A stretch of DNA of 64,000 bases from an uncultured Planctomycetota bacterium. Lineage in GTDB: Bacteria > Planctomycetota > Planctomycetia > Gemmatales > Gemmataceae. The position numbers and the translations under genes are program-made. How positions within the stretch are numbered: the stretch's first letter is position 1; each line of letters opens with the position of its first letter. Positions 20,011 to 29,631 of this stretch are shown piece by piece. The notes beneath the pieces were generated by a model. The model worked only from the letters and a program-made list of their open reading frames with translations, did no database searches and was not told the DNA's origin. The stretch spans positions 768,001 through 832,000 of the forward strand of contig CAWKHF010000002.1 in the NCBI GenBank assembly GCA_963849325.1. Direction: 5' to 3'.

Positions 20011-21822
20011 ATGAGCGTCAGCCATTCGCATTCGGCCGGAACCCACGCTCACCCCGAGCTGGGCTTTCTGCGCAAATACATCTTCTCCGAAGATCACAAG
20101 ATCATCGGCATTCAGTTTTTGTTCTCCGGCCTGATCTTCTTCCTGATCGGCGGCAGCCTGGCCTTGCTGGTGCGCATGCAGGTCGGCTATCCGCACGGAA
20201 CCCTTCCGCTGGTCGGCCGATGGTTCCCGGCCAGCTGGGGCGACCGCATGTCGCCGGACTTCTACGCCATGATCTTCAGCATGCACGCCACGATCATGAT
20301 CTTCTTCGTGATTATCCCGCTGTTGACCGGGGCGTTCGGCAACTTCACGATCCCGCTCATGATCGGCGCCAAGGACATGGCGTTCCCGAAGCTGAACATG
20401 ATGTCGTACTGGTTCATGTGGCCGGCCTTCGCCGTCATCCTCATCAGCTTCTTCGTGGACGGCGGCGCCGCCGCTTCCGGCTGGACCTCGTATCCGCTTC
20501 TGGCCAGCGCCACCATGCCGGCCGGGGAAGGCTTCCATTCGCCGGCCTCGCCGCACTCCGGCCACGGCCAAATCTGCTGGCTGGTCGCGCTGACGTTCGT
20601 CGGCATCTCCTCGATGATGGGGTCGGTCAACTACCTGACGACCATCATCAACCTGCGGGCGCCCGGCATGACCCTGTTCCGCATGCCGCTGACGATCTGG
20701 GCCATGTTCATCACCGCCATCCTGCAAGCGATGGCCCTGCCGGTGCTGACGGTCGCCCTAATCTTGCAGCTACTGGACAAGACCATCAACACCTGTTTCT
20801 TCTTGCCGCCGGGCGGCATGTCGTTCGGCAACTGGCACACGGGACCCGGCGGCGGACAGACGCTCTTGTGGCAGCACCTGTTCTGGTTCTACTCGCACCC
20901 GGCCGTATACATCATGATCTTGCCGGCGATGGGCATGGTGTCCGACATCATCTGCACGTTTGCTCGCAAGCACCTGTTCGGCTACAAGCCGATGGTGTTC
21001 GCCCTCGCCGGCATCGCCGGCCTCGGCTTCATCGTCTGGGGCCATCACATGTTCCAGAGCGGCATGGACCCGCGCCTGGGCACCGGCTTCATGATCGCCA
21101 CCATCATGATCGCTCTGCCTTCGGCGGTGAAGACCTTCAACTGGCTCGGCACCATCTGGGGTGCCAACATCCAGTACACGACGGCCATGCTCAACGCCCT
21201 GGCGTTCGTGGCCATGTTCGTCATCGGCGGTCTGTCCGGCATCTTCATGGCTGCAACGCCGGTGGATGTGTATTTCCACGACACCTATTTCATCGTGGCC
21301 CACATCCACTACGTTCTGTTCATGTCCAGCGTGTTCGGCATCTTCGGCGGTATTTATTACTGGTTCCCCAAGATGTTCGGCCGGCTGATGAACGAGTTCT
21401 GGGGCAAGGTCCACTTCGCCCTGACGTTCCTGTTCGCCAACTGCACGTTCTTCCCGATGCACATTATCGGCATCGCCGGCCATCCGCGCCGCTACTACGA
21501 TTCGACGCTCTATCGCTTCCTCGACAACGTGCAGCCGCTCAACCAGTTCATGACCATCAGCGCCTTGCTGCTCGGGGCTGGCGCAGTTGATCTTCCTGGT
21601 CAACTTCCTCATCAGCCTGTTCCGCGGCGCCCGAGCCAGCGCAACCCGTGGCACTCGAACACGCTGGAATGGACGGCGCCGTCGCCGCCGCCGCACGGCA
21701 ACTTCGTGGAGACGCCGATCGTCCGTCGCGGACCTTACGAGTACGGTTCGCCGGACATCGAAGAGGACTATCTGCCGCAGGCGGCGCCGCAGCCTTCGGG
21801 GGTGCCGGCGCCGGTGCATTGA
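20011..21822 (+). CDS. coxA: Cytochrome c oxidase subunit I, type A2; compensating indels about 21585-21640
   Basis: DHKIIGIQ, MHATIMIFF, FWFYSHPAVY, WGHHMF, VAHIHY and GHPRRY. Confidence 0.95.
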   Translation: MSVSHSHSAGTHAHPELGFLRKYIFSEDHKIIGIQFLFSGLIFFLIGGSLALLVRMQVGYPHGTLPLVGRWFPASWGDRMSPDFYAMIFSMHATIMIFFVIIPLLTGAFGNFTIPLMIGAKDMAFPKLNMMSYWFMWPAFAVILISFFVDGGAAASGWTSYPLLASATMPAGEGFHSPASPHSGHGQICWLVALTFVGISSMMGSVNYLTTIINLRAPGMTLFRMPLTIWAMFITAILQAMALPVLTVALILQLLDKTINTCFFLPPGGMSFGNWHTGPGGGQTLLWQHLFWFYSHPAVYIMILPAMGMVSDIICTFARKHLFGYKPMVFALAGIAGLGFIVWGHHMFQSGMDPRLGTGFMIATIMIALPSAVKTFNWLGTIWGANIQYTTAMLNALAFVAMFVIGGLSGIFMAATPVDVYFHDTYFIVAHIHYVLFMSSVFGIFGGIYYWFPKMFGRLMNEFWGKVHFALTFLFANCTFFPMHIIGIAGHPRRYYDSTLYRFLDNVQPLNQFMTISALLLGAGAVDLPGQLPHQPVPRRPSQRNPWHSNTLEWTAPSPPPHGNFVETPIVRRGPYEYGSPDIEEDYLPQAAPQPSGVPAPVH

Positions 21823-21840
21823 AGGACGGAGATTGAAAAG

Positions 21841-21913
21841 AATGGGCGAACGGCCGGCGTCAGCCGGCTGGTGCGGGCCAAACCAGCCGGCTGACGCCGG
21901 CCGTTCGCTCATT
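21841..21913. repeat. REP-like palindrome, family D
   Basis: GCGAACGGCCGGCGTCAGCCGGCTGGT / ACCAGCCGGCTGACGCCGGCCGTTCGC. Confidence 0.8.
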
Positions 21914-21942
21914 TCAATGACAAAACATTGACCCAATACCTT

Positions 21943-22965
21943 ATGCCATCCCTCGTCGAAACCCGTTTGGCTCCGCGCTGGCTGCACGCCTGGGCCGTCC
22001 TCACAGCCGCCGCGACCGTGGCGTTGCTGGCCCTCGGCGCGATCGTGACGACGTTCCAGGTCGGCATGGCGGATCCGGTTTGGCCGACGGTCCCCTGGCA
22101 CCTGGCGCTCATCGATTGGCGCGAGCCGAATCCGGGATTTGTGATCGAGCACACGCATCGCTTGGCCGGCTACATCGTCGGGTGTTGCGTCATCGTGCTG
22201 GCCGGCGGACTGTGGTTGTCGGCGCGGCGTGCCTGGCTGAGATGGCTGGGTCTGATTGCTCTCGGCGGCGTGATCGCGCAGGGACTGCTCGGCGGCTTCC
22301 GCGTGGTGTTGCATGTCTTGCTGGGCACGAACCTGGCCGTCATCCACGGCTGTTTCGCTCAGGTAGTGTTCAGCCTGCTCGTGAGTTTAGCTGTCCTTAC
22401 CTCGGCTCGATTCGCCGACGCGATGCTACCCGTCGAAGAAGCGCCGCGTCTGCGCCGCGGGGCGTTGACGCTGACGCTCGTGGTCTTCCTGCAACTGGTG
22501 TGGGGCGCCCTGGTTCGGCACATGAACGGAGCACTGGCCCAGCGCTTCCATTTCCTGACGGCTTTCGCCGTCGTGGCGGTCGCCGCGTGGCTGACTCATG
22601 GTGTGCTGATGAGTCCGTCGGCTCGCAGGTTGCTCGGGCGCGGTTTGATTGTGCTTGGCGTCTTGCTGGTCTTGCAGGTCATGCTCGGGGTCGAAAGCTG
22701 GCTGGGCAAGTACAGCGGCGTGTTGCTGCCGGAGTTGCACAAGCCGACCATCGCGCAGGCGGTGGTTCGCGTCAGTCACGTCCTGGTCGGGTCTTTTATC
22801 CTGGCCACGTCGGTCGTCTTGACGGTCCTCGCGTATCGCCCGGCGACGGCAGCCGCATCGGCGACGGAGGACGAGCGAGAGCGCGGGGCGGAGACGAGTT
22901 ACTTGCCGGCGGCCGGGCTGACCGGGATCCCCAACATCGTACAGCAACTGGAAGGGACCGTATGA
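21943..22965 (+). CDS. ctaA: Heme A synthase (COX15/CtaA family)
   Basis: IEHTHRL, QGLLGGFRV, IHGCFAQ, QLVWGALVRH and VSHVLVG; about 8 TM segments. Confidence 0.88.
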   Translation: MPSLVETRLAPRWLHAWAVLTAAATVALLALGAIVTTFQVGMADPVWPTVPWHLALIDWREPNPGFVIEHTHRLAGYIVGCCVIVLAGGLWLSARRAWLRWLGLIALGGVIAQGLLGGFRVVLHVLLGTNLAVIHGCFAQVVFSLLVSLAVLTSARFADAMLPVEEAPRLRRGALTLTLVVFLQLVWGALVRHMNGALAQRFHFLTAFAVVAVAAWLTHGVLMSPSARRLLGRGLIVLGVLLVLQVMLGVESWLGKYSGVLLPELHKPTIAQAVVRVSHVLVGSFILATSVVLTVLAYRPATAAASATEDERERGAETSYLPAAGLTGIPNIVQQLEGTV

Positions 22966-23886
22966 AGGCGGCCGTCAGCGTTTGCGCCGAAGCACCTGCC
23001 TTGGCCCGTCCGCGCCTGGCGGACTACGTCGAGTTGGCCAAGCCGCGCGTGATCGTGCTCGTGCTGTTCACCGTCGGCGCCGGCGTGCTGCTGGCCAGCG
23101 GCCGGGACTTGCAATTCCTCGTGCTGCTGCACACCGTCCTCGGCACCACCCTGGTTGCGGCCGGCGCAGTGCCATCAACCAGTGGTTCGAGCGCGACAGC
23201 GACGCCCTCATGCGGCGCACCGAGAAACGTCCTCTGCCCTCGGGCCGCCTGCAAGCGGTGGAAGTGTTCTGCTTCGGCTTGCTGCTCGGCCTGGGCGGTG
23301 TGATGTACCTGGTCCTGACGCTGGGTCAAATCGCCGCGGCGCTGGCGGCGGCGCTGACCTTCGTGCTGTACGTCGCCGTGTATACGCCATTGAAGCGGCG
23401 GACGCCGCTCAACACGCTGGTCGGCGCCGTGCCGGGCGCGCTGCCGCCGATCATCGGCTGGTGCGCCGTGCGCGGCGACATCACGCGCGAGGCCGGCGTG
23501 CTGTTCCTGATCCTGTTTCTCTGGCAGGTGCCGCACTTCCTCGCCATCGCCTGGATCTACCGCGACGAGTACGCCCGCGCCGGCCTGTGCATGTTGCCCG
23601 TCGTCGATCGCGACGGCCGGCGCACCAGCCAGCACATGGTCCTTTACTGTCTCGCCCTGCTGCCGTCAGCCTGCAGCCGGTGCTGTTCGGTAGCGCCGGC
23701 CTGCTCTATCTTGGCGGCGCCGTGCTGCTGGGACTGACGTTCCTGGCCACCGCCGTCGGCTTCCAGCGCGGACGCTCGCTGGGCCAGGCCCGGCGCGTCT
23801 TGCGGGCCTCGCTGTTGTATCTGCCCGGCCTGCTCGTCCTGCTGTTGTTGGATCGGGCTTTACCCTGGCTGTTCGTCTCTCCCTGA
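22962..23886 (+). CDS. ctaB: Protoheme IX farnesyltransferase (heme O synthase); frameshifts near 23168 and 23667
   Basis: YVELAKPRV, NQWFERDSDALMRRTEKRPLPSG, YTPLKR and WQVPHFLAIAW..DEYARAG. Confidence 0.92.
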
Positions 23887-23928
23887 GGCGGACGCCGGAT
23901 CAACCTCACCCTCAGCAACCCAACCATT

Positions 23929-24868
23929 ATGACACAGGTCGTCTTCGACAAGCCGCAGGAACACATGGGGTTGCCGCTGCCTCACGGCAAGGTGGCCATG
24001 TGGCTGTTCCTCGTCACCGAAATCATGTTCTTCACCGCCCTCATCGGCGTCTACATCATCCTGCGTAACGGCACACCGGCCAGCTACACCAGCACCGCCT
24101 ACCGTTGGCCGCGACCGCACGAGGTCCACCTGATCGAGTGGATTGGCGCGCTGAACACGTTCGTGCTCATTTGCAGCAGCTTCACCGTCGTCCTGGCCCA
24201 CCATGCGGCGGTCAAGGGCGAGATGAAGAACGTGATCACGCTACATTGCCATCACCCTGGTGCTGGGCGCCGTTTTCCTCGGCATCAAGGCGTACGAGTA
24301 CAATGCCAAGTTCCAGCACGACATCCTGCCCGGCCACATCGGCGAGAGCTTGCCCGGCCTGAACGTCGAGCGCGAGAAGGACTACAATCCGACCGGAATG
24401 CAGTACGTTCATCGCGTCCGCGAACAACTCCAGGCGATCGGGAAAGATAGCGGCGCCGACGCCAAGCTGAAAGAGGATTGCGCCGCCCTGCTGGCCGACA
24501 TGGACGGCAAGATGGCCGCACTCAAGGACGAGAACGGCAAGGCGGTCGAGGTTTATCAAAGCCCCCTCAGCCCGGCCCGTGTCGGCGAACGGGTCAACCA
24601 CATCCTGCACGAACACGAGGCCAAGGAGCCGCACCTGACGCCGGCGATCCCGTTCGGCAACCTGTGGGCGTCGTGCTATTTCGCCATGACCGGCTTCCAC
24701 GCCCTGCACGTTTTCGGCGGCATCGTCATTTTCGTCATTATCCTGTTCATGGGCCTGGTCGGCCGGCTCGGGCCGCAGCACGCCTGCATGCTGGAGCTGA
24801 CCGGCCTGTACTGGCACTTCGTCGATATCGTGTGGATCTTCTTGTTCCCGTTGCTCTATCTGGTTTGA
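23929..24868 (+). CDS. coxC: Cytochrome c oxidase subunit III (short form, with a soluble insertion); frameshift near 24240
   Basis: [35 protein letters not shown] and [11 protein letters not shown]. Confidence 0.9.
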
Positions 24869-24905
24869 CCGAATTACCTCCTCTCGCTCCGCAGGAGATG
24901 ATGCC

Positions 24906-25286
24906 ATGACCGATACCGGACACGCGACGACCGACGATGCCGCCCATGACATGCGGGTCAAGGCGTACTTCACGGTGTTCATCGCCCTGTCGGTGTTCAC
25001 CGCCGTCTCCTTCGTCGCCAACTGGGCGGCGCACCCGGAGCGAGGCTGGATCACTCTGCATACCAGTTTCGCCATCATTCTCGGCGTGGCCGTCATCAAG
25101 GCGTTCCTGGTCGGCCTGATCTTCATGCACCTGAAGTACGACTGGGGCAAGGTCTATTTCATCATCGTGCCGATTTTCATTCTCGGCGTCATGATGATGA
25201 TGGTGCTGATGCCGGACATCGTCATCGCCTGGCAGCCAAGCCAGCATCCGCTGGAGCCGCCCGTGTCCACGACCGGGACGCGCTGA
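24906..25286 (+). CDS. coxD: Cytochrome c oxidase subunit IV family protein
   Basis: YFTVFIALSVFT and KAFLVGLIFMHLKYD; 3 TM segments. Confidence 0.85.
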   Translation: MTDTGHATTDDAAHDMRVKAYFTVFIALSVFTAVSFVANWAAHPERGWITLHTSFAIILGVAVIKAFLVGLIFMHLKYDWGKVYFIIVPIFILGVMMMMVLMPDIVIAWQPSQHPLEPPVSTTGTR

Positions 25287-25288
25287 AT

Positions 25289-25349
25289 CCTCGTTTCGCC
25301 GCGATGCGCAGCAGAGCGCGGCTCCGCTGCGCGTCGCGGCGAAACGAGG
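25289..25349. repeat. REP-like element, family A
   Basis: CCTCGTTTCGCCGCGA...TCGCGGCGAAACGAGG. Confidence 0.8.
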
Positions 25350-25361
25350 AAGGACATCGGT

Positions 25362-26443
25362 ATGTATCTCATCCTCTTCCGGCGACTCTCCCTCGTCCTT
25401 CCGCTTTTCTTCTGTCTATCCGCCGCCGCGCCTGCCGAGGACGACCTCGGCGCGGTCGGCGATTCGCGCTGACCGAGCGCAGCGGCCAGACCGATCCGCA
25501 ATGACCGACCTGCTCGGCAAGGTGTGGATCGCCTCGTTCGTGTTCACGCGCTGCACGGCCGGCTGCCCTCAGATCAGCACGACGATGAAGCGGCTGCAAG
25601 GCGACCTGAGCGGCTACCCCGACGTCCGGCTCGTCACCTTCACCGTGGATCCCGAGCACGACGACCCTGGAGAACTGAGCCGATACGCCGACGCTTATGG
25701 CGCCGACCCCGAGCGCTGGCTGTTCCTGACCGGCGAAGCGAGACGAAATCTATCCGCTGTTGGAGAAGACGTTTCACCTGCCCGCTCGGCCCAACGAGGG
25801 GTCGGCGCAAGTCCGGCGGCGAGGTGATGCACAGCTCGAAGTTGGTCCTCGTGGACCGCCAGGGCCACATCCGCGGCTATTTCGAGGGGATGCCGCGATC
25901 CGCGCGCCGGACAGCCGAGGCGGAGTATCGAGGCCAACCTCGAGAAACTGAAGGCGAAGGTCGCGTCGCTGCTCCATGACGCCTGGTATCTGCCCGGCGA
26001 TTTCCCGCGTTTCAACGCCGCGCTCAACGCCGCCAGCGCCGTGCTGCTGGTGCTGGGGTACGCCGCCATCCGCCGGCGACTCGTCCGGCTGCACGTCGTC
26101 TGCATGTTGTCGGCCCTGTGCGTCTCGGCGGTATTTCTGACGGCGTACCTGTACTATCACGGCGTCATCAAGCACGGCCGGTCCACGCTCTTCGCTGAGC
26201 AAACGAGCCACGCTCATCCACCGTCCTGGGTGGGTATCGTCTACAACATCGTCCTGTGGACGCACATCCCCGCTGGCGGGTATCGTCGTGCCGCTGGCTT
26301 TATTCACGGCGTATCAGGGTCTGCGCGGCCGATTCGCCCGACACAGGAGCGTCGCCGCTGGACGCTGCCGATCTGGCTGTACGTGTCCGATCACCGGCGT
26401 CGTCGTCTACTGGATGCTGTATCGGCTCTATCCTTCGCCGTGA
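25362..26443 (+). CDS. SCO1/SenC copper chaperone apparently fused to DUF420 (CtaM-like) membrane domain; multiple indels
   Basis: FVFTRCTAGCP, FTVDPEHD, WLFLTG and HSSKLVLVD; then PRFNAALN..AIRRR...H..CM, YLYYH, LWTHI and RWTLPIWLYVS.TGVVVYWMLY, TGA at 26441-26443. Confidence 0.8.
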
Positions 26444-26478
26444 GCGCGGGCTACAATACGTCGGAAGAGGAGAACGAT

Positions 26479-26806
26479 ATGCGTGCTGTGTGCCTGGCTG
26501 CTGGGTTTGTTGCTGTTCGTCGTGTTGCTGGCCCAGCCGCGTTCGGTGTACGCTTGCCCCTCCTGACAGGAAGCGATCGGCGCCTCCGGTTCGGAGGAAG
26601 ACGACGACCCGCTCCGCGAAGCTCGCGCCTACAACCAAAGCATCTACCTGATGGTGGGGATGCCTTATCTCTTGCTCGGTGCGGTCGGCTTCCTGATCTA
26701 CCGTGGTCTCAAGCAGAAGGCCCTGGCCGAACAGCAGGCCGTGCCGCCTCTCTCTGGCGAAGGAGACCGCTCATGTTCGACCCGATCAATCGCAGACGCT
26801 TCGTAG
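26479..26806 (+). CDS. Small exported, membrane-anchored CxxU protein; candidate selenoprotein (in-frame TGA at 26564-26566)
   Basis: From GTG 26483 (ATG 26479 if 2 nt were lost): VLCAWLLGLLLFVVLLAQPRSVYA-CPS[TGA]QEAIGASGSEEDDDPLREARAYNQSIYLMVGMPYLLLGAVGFLIYRGLKQKALAEQQ...DAS, TAG at 26804-26806. RBS GAGGAG at 26467-26472. Confidence 0.75.
26564..26604 (+). promoter_or_regulatory. Candidate bacterial SECIS element
   Basis: Stem CCTCC(G) 26583-26588 pairs with (C)GGAGG 26592-26597. The G-first apical loop (GTT or GGTTC) starts 21-22 nt after the TGA. Confidence 0.6.
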
Positions 26807-28313
26807 CTCGCTCCCTGCAAGCGGGCGCCGTCGCCGCCCTCGGCGACTTCACTTTCCTGAACGGCCTGCCTGCTCCGGCCGCCGACGACAAGGGACCGCG
26901 CGCAAACTCGTTCCGCTCAGCGCCGAAATCGAACCGCTCGTCCGTCTCATCGAGGACACGCCGCGCGAGAAGGTCCTGGAGAGCATCGCCGCCGAGGTGC
27001 GCAAGGGCACCAGTTACGAGCAGCTGCTCAGCGCCGTGTTCCTGGCCGGCGTGCGCGGCATCCAACCGCGTCCGGTCGGCTTCAAGTTCCACGCCGTACT
27101 GGTCATCAACTCCGCTCATCTGGCCAGCCTGCGCGCCGCCGGACAAGGAGCGCTGGCTGCCGCTGTTCTGGGCCATCGATAACTTCAAATCGTCGCAGGC
27201 ACGCAACAAGGCGGAAGGCGACTGGCGCATGGCGCCCGTCGAGGAGAGCAAGCTGCCTGCCGCCGCACCGGGCCAAGCAGCACTTCATTGAGGCGATGGA
27301 CGATTGGGATGAGGAGGGTGCCGACCGCGCCGTCACGACGCTGGCGCGCACGGCCAGCGCCGAGCAGGTCTACGAACTGTTCTGGCGTTACGGCTGCCGC
27401 GATTTCCGCGACATTTGCCACAAGGCGATCTACGCCGCCAACTCGTGGCGCACCCTGCAAGCAATCGGCTGGCGGCACGCCGAGCCGGTGGTGCGTTCGC
27501 TGGCCTACGCCCTCCTCGACCGTGGCCGCGACGACAATCCCGCCGAGCACGACTACGACGCGGATCGTCCCTTCCGCGACAACCAGAAGCACGTCGCCGA
27601 CATCGGGCCGCTGTGGAAACAGCGACGGCGCGTGTCGGCGGAGGCGGCCGCCGACCTGCTGGCCGCGCTGCGCACCGCCAAGCCGGCCGAGGGAAGCGCG
27701 AAAGTCGTGGAACTGCTCCAGAAGGGTATTCACCCCGATTCGATATGGGACGGCCTGTTCCTTATGGCCGGCGAGCTGATTATGCGTCAGCCGGGCATTG
27801 TCGGCATCCACTGCGTCACCTCGACCAACGCCCTGCACTACGCCTACCAGACCAGCGTCCACGACGAGACGCGGCGGCTGTTGATGCTGCAATCGGCGGC
27901 GTTTTTGCCGATGTTTCGGCAAGCCATGACCGGCCGCGGCAAGCTCGCCGACGTGAAAATCGACAAGCTGGAAAAGGCGGAGATCAAGGGTGAGCCGTGC
28001 GAGGCCGTCGAGGAGATTTTCGCCGACGTGAGCAAGGACCGCATGTTGGCGGCGCGCAAGACGCTGGCACTGATGGACGGCGATTCGTCGCGCTTCCCGC
28101 CGTTGGTGACGACGGCCGAGCGGCTGATTTTCAGCAAGGGACGCGATTCGCACGATTACAAGTTCAGCTCCGCCGCCCTGGAAGATTACTACCACGTGAC
28201 CGCGCCGTGGCGGGCGCGCTACGCCGCCTCGAGCATGTTCAACCTCAAGGGGACCGGCGACCGCGATAACAACCTGATCGAGCGCACGCGCGCCTGCGCT
28301 GGCAAAGGGGTAA
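26773..28313 (+). CDS. Tat-exported His-motif helical protein of unknown function; several indels
   Basis: MFDPINRRRFVARSLQAGAVAALG, then GFKFHAVLVINSAH, DICHKAIYAANSW, GIHCVTSTNALHY and DSHDYKFSSAALED. Probable stop TAA 28311-28313. Confidence 0.72.
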
Positions 28314-28335
28314 GGCAAACCGAGTCCAACGGGAG

Positions 28336-28932
28336 GTGGGTACGATTTCACCTGTTATGGGTCCATTCTCCCTGGATCGAGTGGTGCGCGCCGTGGAACT
28401 GGTCCGTCAGCGGTTACTGCGAGCGACCGCCGCCCTGGAGACGGCCGGCATCCCTTACGCCGTGGCCGGCGGGAACGCCGTCGCGCTGTGGGTCTCCCGG
28501 GTCGATGTCTCCGCGGTTCGCAATACCAGCGACGTCGATCTGCTGGTCCGGCGGTCGGACCTCGAAGCGATCCGGGCGGCGCTGGCCACCGCCGGCTTTG
28601 ATTATCGCCACGTGGCTGGCATCGATCTGTTCCTGGACGGCCCTGAAGGGAAGGCCCGAGACGGGGTCCACTTGATCTTCGACGGGGAGACCGTCCGACC
28701 CGGTGAGCCGCTGCCCAACCCGGCTGTCACGGAGTCCGTGGCGGGCGGCGACTATCGAGTGCTGAGTTTGCGAGCGTTGGTACAGATCAAGTTGACGGCC
28801 TATCGGGACAAGGACCGAACGCATTTGCGGGATCTTCTGGAAGTCGGGCTGGTCGATGCGAGTTGGTTACCGCTCTACCCAGTGGAGTTAGCGGATCGGT
28901 TGCGCGTCCTGATCGAGACGCCGGGAGGTTAG
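28336..28932 (+). CDS. Nucleotidyltransferase (pol-beta superfamily) protein
   Basis: YAVAGGNAV..W, RNTSDVDLLV and LVQIKL.AYRDKDRTHL. Confidence 0.78.
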   Translation: MGTISPVMGPFSLDRVVRAVELVRQRLLRATAALETAGIPYAVAGGNAVALWVSRVDVSAVRNTSDVDLLVRRSDLEAIRAALATAGFDYRHVAGIDLFLDGPEGKARDGVHLIFDGETVRPGEPLPNPAVTESVAGGDYRVLSLRALVQIKLTAYRDKDRTHLRDLLEVGLVDASWLPLYPVELADRLRVLIETPGG

Positions 28933-29011
28933 CCGCAAGCAGCTGGATAGACTGCTTTAGTGCCGAGCAATGGAGATTGTCCGGTTGTTCGGCCAGGAAG
29001 GAGTTTCTGCC

Positions 29012-29209
29012 ATGACAGCGATCACTATCCCCCTCTCGGAAGAACGCTTGGCTCAATTGCGCCTGCGGGCGGGGCAAGTAGGGCTGGCCCCCGAAGAATT
29101 CTTGCGCCGCCAGGTCGAACAGCTTCTGGACCGGCCCGATGAGCCGTTCTACCAAGCCGCTGCTTATGTCCTGCGGAAGAACGCCGAACTGTATCGGCGG
29201 CTGGCATGA
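29012..29209 (+). CDS. Putative antitoxin (65 aa, RHH-like) paired with Doc
   Basis: MTAITIPLSEERL...AAAYVLRKNAELYRRLA; ATGA overlap with the toxin. Confidence 0.8.
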   Translation: MTAITIPLSEERLAQLRLRAGQVGLAPEEFLRRQVEQLLDRPDEPFYQAAAYVLRKNAELYRRLA

Positions 29210-29631
29210 TCCGCTACCTAACCTTGGAGGAGGTCTTGGAACTGCACCGCCTGGCCTTGGAACAATCCGGGGGCCTGGAGGGAGTTCGGGATCTCGGCGG
29301 CGTGGACTCGGCACTTGCCCAGCCGCAAATAACGTTCGGCGGCCAGGAGTTGTATCCGAGTCTGGCCGAGAAGGCGGCGACGATGGGGCTGTCGTTGGTG
29401 TGCAACCACCCGTTCCTGGACGGCAATAAGCGCGTCGGGCACGCGGCGATGGAGACGTTCCTGGTACTTAACGGGTGGGAGTTGGCGGCGAGCGTTGACG
29501 AGCAGGAACAAGTGATTCTGCGGCTGGCGGCAGGTCGTCTGAAGCGTGATGAGTTTACGGCTTGGGTGCAGTCGCATCTGCAACAGCGGCCGGCGGAACC
29601 AAGCGCTACAGCGGACCAGCCGAGCCAATAA
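29206..29631 (+). CDS. doc: Death-on-curing (Doc/Fic) family toxin
   Basis: LEEVLELH, GVRDLG..DSALAQP, LYPSLAEKAA and NHPFLDGNKR. Confidence 0.9.
   Translation: MIRYLTLEEVLELHRLALEQSGGLEGVRDLGGVDSALAQPQITFGGQELYPSLAEKAATMGLSLVCNHPFLDGNKRVGHAAMETFLVLNGWELAASVDEQEQVILRLAAGRLKRDEFTAWVQSHLQQRPAEPSATADQPSQ

Noticed and set aside
25470-25472. TGA early in the SCO gene as selenocysteine
   Set aside because: Explained by a lost T in GAT TTC GCG CTG ACC (DFALTER); the CxxxC motif uses normal Cys codons.
26041-27291. 416-aa ORF in the track
   Set aside because: Chimera of the DUF420 part, an off-frame read of the CxxU gene and the Tat protein start, produced by indels.
27296-28675. Tat protein extending over the nucleotidyltransferase
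   Set aside because: The tail is an off-frame read of the next gene; the likely stop is TAA 28311-28313.
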